The notes under the pieces were generated by a model that was not told where the DNA came from, ran no database searches, and saw only the letters and a program-made list of their open reading frames with translations. From Hyphomicrobiaceae bacterium (lineage in GTDB: Bacteria > Pseudomonadota > Alphaproteobacteria > Rhizobiales > Hyphomicrobiaceae), in the NCBI GenBank assembly GCA_050186055.1, contig JBFWYV010000001.1:1-51795 (forward strand): a stretch of 51,795 nt of DNA. Reading direction: 5' to 3'. The position numbers and the translations under genes were made by a program. Below, piece by piece: positions 49,701-51,795 of the stretch (within the stretch, counting starts at the first letter, position 1; the number at the start of each line of letters is the position of its first letter).

Positions 49701-50189
49701 CTATCCTCGCGAGGCTCGCGCAAGCCCCATCGGCACGCCGGGCTCACGCTTGGCTTTGCGGATCGACACGAAGGTCTTCACGGTGGAGACGTTCGGCGCC
49801 GCGGTCAGCTCGCGCGTGACGAAATCCTGAAAAGCCGGCAGGTCCGGGGCCACGCAGCGCAGAATGTAGTCCGTCTCCCCGGCGATATAGTCGCAGTCGC
49901 GCACGAGCGGCCAGGAAAGGATGCGGTTCTCGAAATCCCGAAGCTCGGCTTCCGACTGGCTGTAGAGCCCGACCATCGCATAAGCGACGAGTTCGAATCC
50001 GACCCGCCGCTCGTCGATATCGGCGTGATAGCCGAGGATATAGCCGTCGTCCTCCAGCGCCCTTACGCGCCTGAGACACGGCGGCGGCGTCACCCCTACA
50101 CGCGCCGCCAGCGCGACGTTGGTGATGCGGCCATCCGCCTGCAATTCCCTTAGGATGCGCCAGTCGATGGCGTCGAGTTCGGCTGTCAT
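49701..50189 (-). CDS. Lrp/AsnC family transcriptional regulator
   Basis: The HTH reads LDAIDWRILRELQADGRITNVALAARVGVTPPPCLRRVRALEDDGYI, followed by an AsnC-type ligand domain. ATG 50189 (MTAELD). Confidence 0.85.
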   Translation of the reverse strand: MTAELDAIDWRILRELQADGRITNVALAARVGVTPPPCLRRVRALEDDGYILGYHADIDERRVGFELVAYAMVGLYSQSEAELRDFENRILSWPLVRDCDYIAGETDYILRCVAPDLPAFQDFVTRELTAAPNVSTVKTFVSIRKAKREPGVPMGLARASRG

Positions 50190-50350
50190 GGCTGGCGCTG
50201 TTCCCTGGAGTTTCGCCCTCGCGATGGCCTCCCTCGGCCATCGATCGAACTGCCGAGGGCGCGCTTTTTGACTGATAGGTGCCCCAGGCAGCACGCGCAA
50301 CCATCGCCGGCGCTGACCGGATCGAATAGAGGATAACCTCGCCCGGCCGT

Positions 50351-51034
50351 TTGACGGAGTATCGTCTCGTGGTCATTGGATTGACGATGACGAGGGAGTC
50401 ACGAGCGCAGGCCGATGCGGGGCCGACTTTTGCCCTGGAGCTGGCAGGGCTGTCGCGCGGCCACACGCTGGTCGCAGGCGTCGATGAGGCGGGACGCGGT
50501 CCGTGGGCAGGTCCCGTCGTCGCGGCTGCCGTTATCCTGAATCCTGCTGCCATCCCGCCTGGAATCGACGACTCCAAGGTGCTGGATGCGCCGACCCGGG
50601 AAGCGCTCTATTCGGAGATCGTAACCCATGCCACCGCCGTCGCAGTCGGCATCGCGGATGTCAGCCGTATCGATCGCACCAACATTCTCGCCGCTACGTT
50701 GTGGGCGATGACGCAGGCTGTCTCGGCCCTTTCGCACAAGCCTCAACTGGTGCTGATCGATGGCAACCAGACGCCGAAGCTCAAATGCGAAGCCATGACG
50801 GTCGTCGGAGGCGATGCCAGCAGCCTGTCGATTGCCGCCGCATCGATCATCGCCAAGGTGACGCGGGATCGTATGATGACCGAGCTTGCCGAAAGCTGCC
50901 CCGGTTATGGCTTCGAGCGGCACAAGGGTTACGGCACGCCGGAGCATCAGCTTGCACTGAGAACTTTGGGTGTGAGCCCTCATCATCGACGCAGCTTCAA
51001 GCCTGTGCGGCTCGTGCTGGCTGCGAAAATGTGA
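50351..51034 (+). CDS. rnhB: Ribonuclease HII
   Basis: VAGVDEAGRGPWAGPVVAAAV, DDSKVL, GGDASSLSIAAASIIAKVTRD, KGYGT..H. The 50351 start is TTG; ATG 50387 is an alternative. Confidence 0.9.
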   Translation: MTEYRLVVIGLTMTRESRAQADAGPTFALELAGLSRGHTLVAGVDEAGRGPWAGPVVAAAVILNPAAIPPGIDDSKVLDAPTREALYSEIVTHATAVAVGIADVSRIDRTNILAATLWAMTQAVSALSHKPQLVLIDGNQTPKLKCEAMTVVGGDASSLSIAAASIIAKVTRDRMMTELAESCPGYGFERHKGYGTPEHQLALRTLGVSPHHRRSFKPVRLVLAAKM

Positions 51035-51075
51035 GCGCGAGGATGGTCTTTGGCTGGGCTCTGCCTGTGGCTGGG

Positions 51076-51330
51076 CTAATGAGCACTTTGCTCGGCTGAC
51101 ACGCGCCGGTATTCGCAGCGCACACGCTGCTCCGCGGTTTTCATGTCATGTGCGATGCCGGCAATCGTGTCTTTGGCATCATACCAGCGCCAGTGAAACT
51201 CGGCCCGCTCGCCCGCCTTGACGATGGATCCGACGGCAACAAAAGGATCCGTTTCAGTGAAAAAGTTTACGACACCCGTGTAGGGGCAACGATGCTTCGA
51301 CAGCATGGGCGGCCTCCTTTGAACATTCAC
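51076..51330 (-). CDS. Small hypothetical protein
   Basis: An ORF only, with no motif I recognise. The internal Met of MLSKHRC (51306) is an alternative start. Its codon usage is GC3-rich like its neighbours. Confidence 0.35.
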   Translation of the reverse strand: MNVQRRPPMLSKHRCPYTGVVNFFTETDPFVAVGSIVKAGERAEFHWRWYDAKDTIAGIAHDMKTAEQRVRCEYRRVSAEQSAH

Positions 51331-51591
51331 CCGCTGAGGACCAGATGACCCATTTCCAACTGATACTCGAGTTTCTATCGCCTCGTTTTGTGTCAGCAGT
51401 GAGAAGCCACGATAACATGAGAGTTATCCGGAGTAACCCCAGCAATCACAGGGAGTTGATAAGTTCTTGCTGAACATAACCGTGTTCTATCCATATGGTG
51501 TCGTCTGATGCCGCGCTTGCACCCCCGATGCGGCTGTCGCAACGCGCCGGTCCGTAGTCAGACGGTCAGCCACCGGCCCGGCCCAAGGGGA

Positions 51592-51795
51592 TTACCCTTC
51601 AAGGTCCCATACACCGTCCTTCTGACGGCAGGCTATGCCTTCTGTGCTTCGTGAAAAGCCAGCGGAGATCAGCCTGAGCTCCATATGGCGGCAGATGCGG
51701 CCGCTCACGTCGCGGAACGTGGAGGTCATTCGAACGGAACCTGCTAGCTGGCCGCCGTCGCGCCTCCAGACATAGGTCGCCCCATCGGAAGCCTG
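51592..51795 (-). CDS. C-terminal fragment of a surface-antigen-like protein (N-terminus outside the window)
   Basis: Manual minus-strand translation from the right edge gives QASDGATYVWRRDGGQLAGSVRMTSTFRDVSGRICRHMELRLISAGFSRSTEGIACRQKDGVWDLEG, with the stop (TAA) at 51594-51592. The ..CR....(n)..ACR..DG.W.. pattern resembles the conserved C-terminus of alphaproteobacterial 17-kDa/RT0821-type surface antigens, from memory. Confidence 0.45.
   Translation of the reverse strand, partial: QASDGATYVWRRDGGQLAGSVRMTSTFRDVSGRICRHMELRLISAGFSRSTEGIACRQKDGVWDLEG

Overview
High-GC alphaproteobacterial chromosome segment, roughly 63-70% GC by eye on sampled lines. Core synteny looks Bradyrhizobiaceae/Nitrobacteraceae-like: the atpI-B-E-F'-F F0 operon, smr-mltA-tim44-like, fxsA-secB, dnaQ-coaE-maf and rnhB. 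The left 14.7 kb holds a partial MFS pump and an ECF sigmaF/NrsF pair. That pair is divergent from a Met-rich MXKDX-repeat protein, cytochrome b and Mo-oxidoreductase operon that carries a GTAACC-N16-CGAA motif. Detox and housekeeping genes and the F0 ATP synthase operon follow. The centre (14.76-43.3 kb) is a ~28.5 kb surface-polysaccharide (O-antigen/capsule-type) locus, with 25 consecutive minus-strand genes (15827-43275) plus a divergent WecA-like initiating transferase. It encodes GDP-heptose genes (gmhA, an hddC::gmhB fusion and a distant CBS::HddA-like kinase), a WaaL-like ligase, GT2, a KpsS/KpsC-like protein and wzx. It also holds a lower-GC pseudaminic acid module (pseB, C, F, G, I, with a formyltransferase-fold gene where pseH is expected). 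A markedly low-GC insert carries a Wzy_C-type membrane protein and a secreted 3 x 30-aa Cys-repeat protein. The most unusual part is 35.8-43.3 kb: a second CMP-ulosonic-acid-type module I cannot assign to a characterised pathway. It comprises a NeuB-family synthase fused to a xylose-isomerase-like TIM barrel, a second cytidylyltransferase, three SDRs, a TIM-barrel isomerase and the CBS::GHMP kinase, with no amino-sugar enzymes. The right 8.5 kb is housekeeping. I found no rRNA, tRNA, CRISPR, transposase or integrase. All functional calls rest on motif recognition in the supplied translations; no database search was possible.
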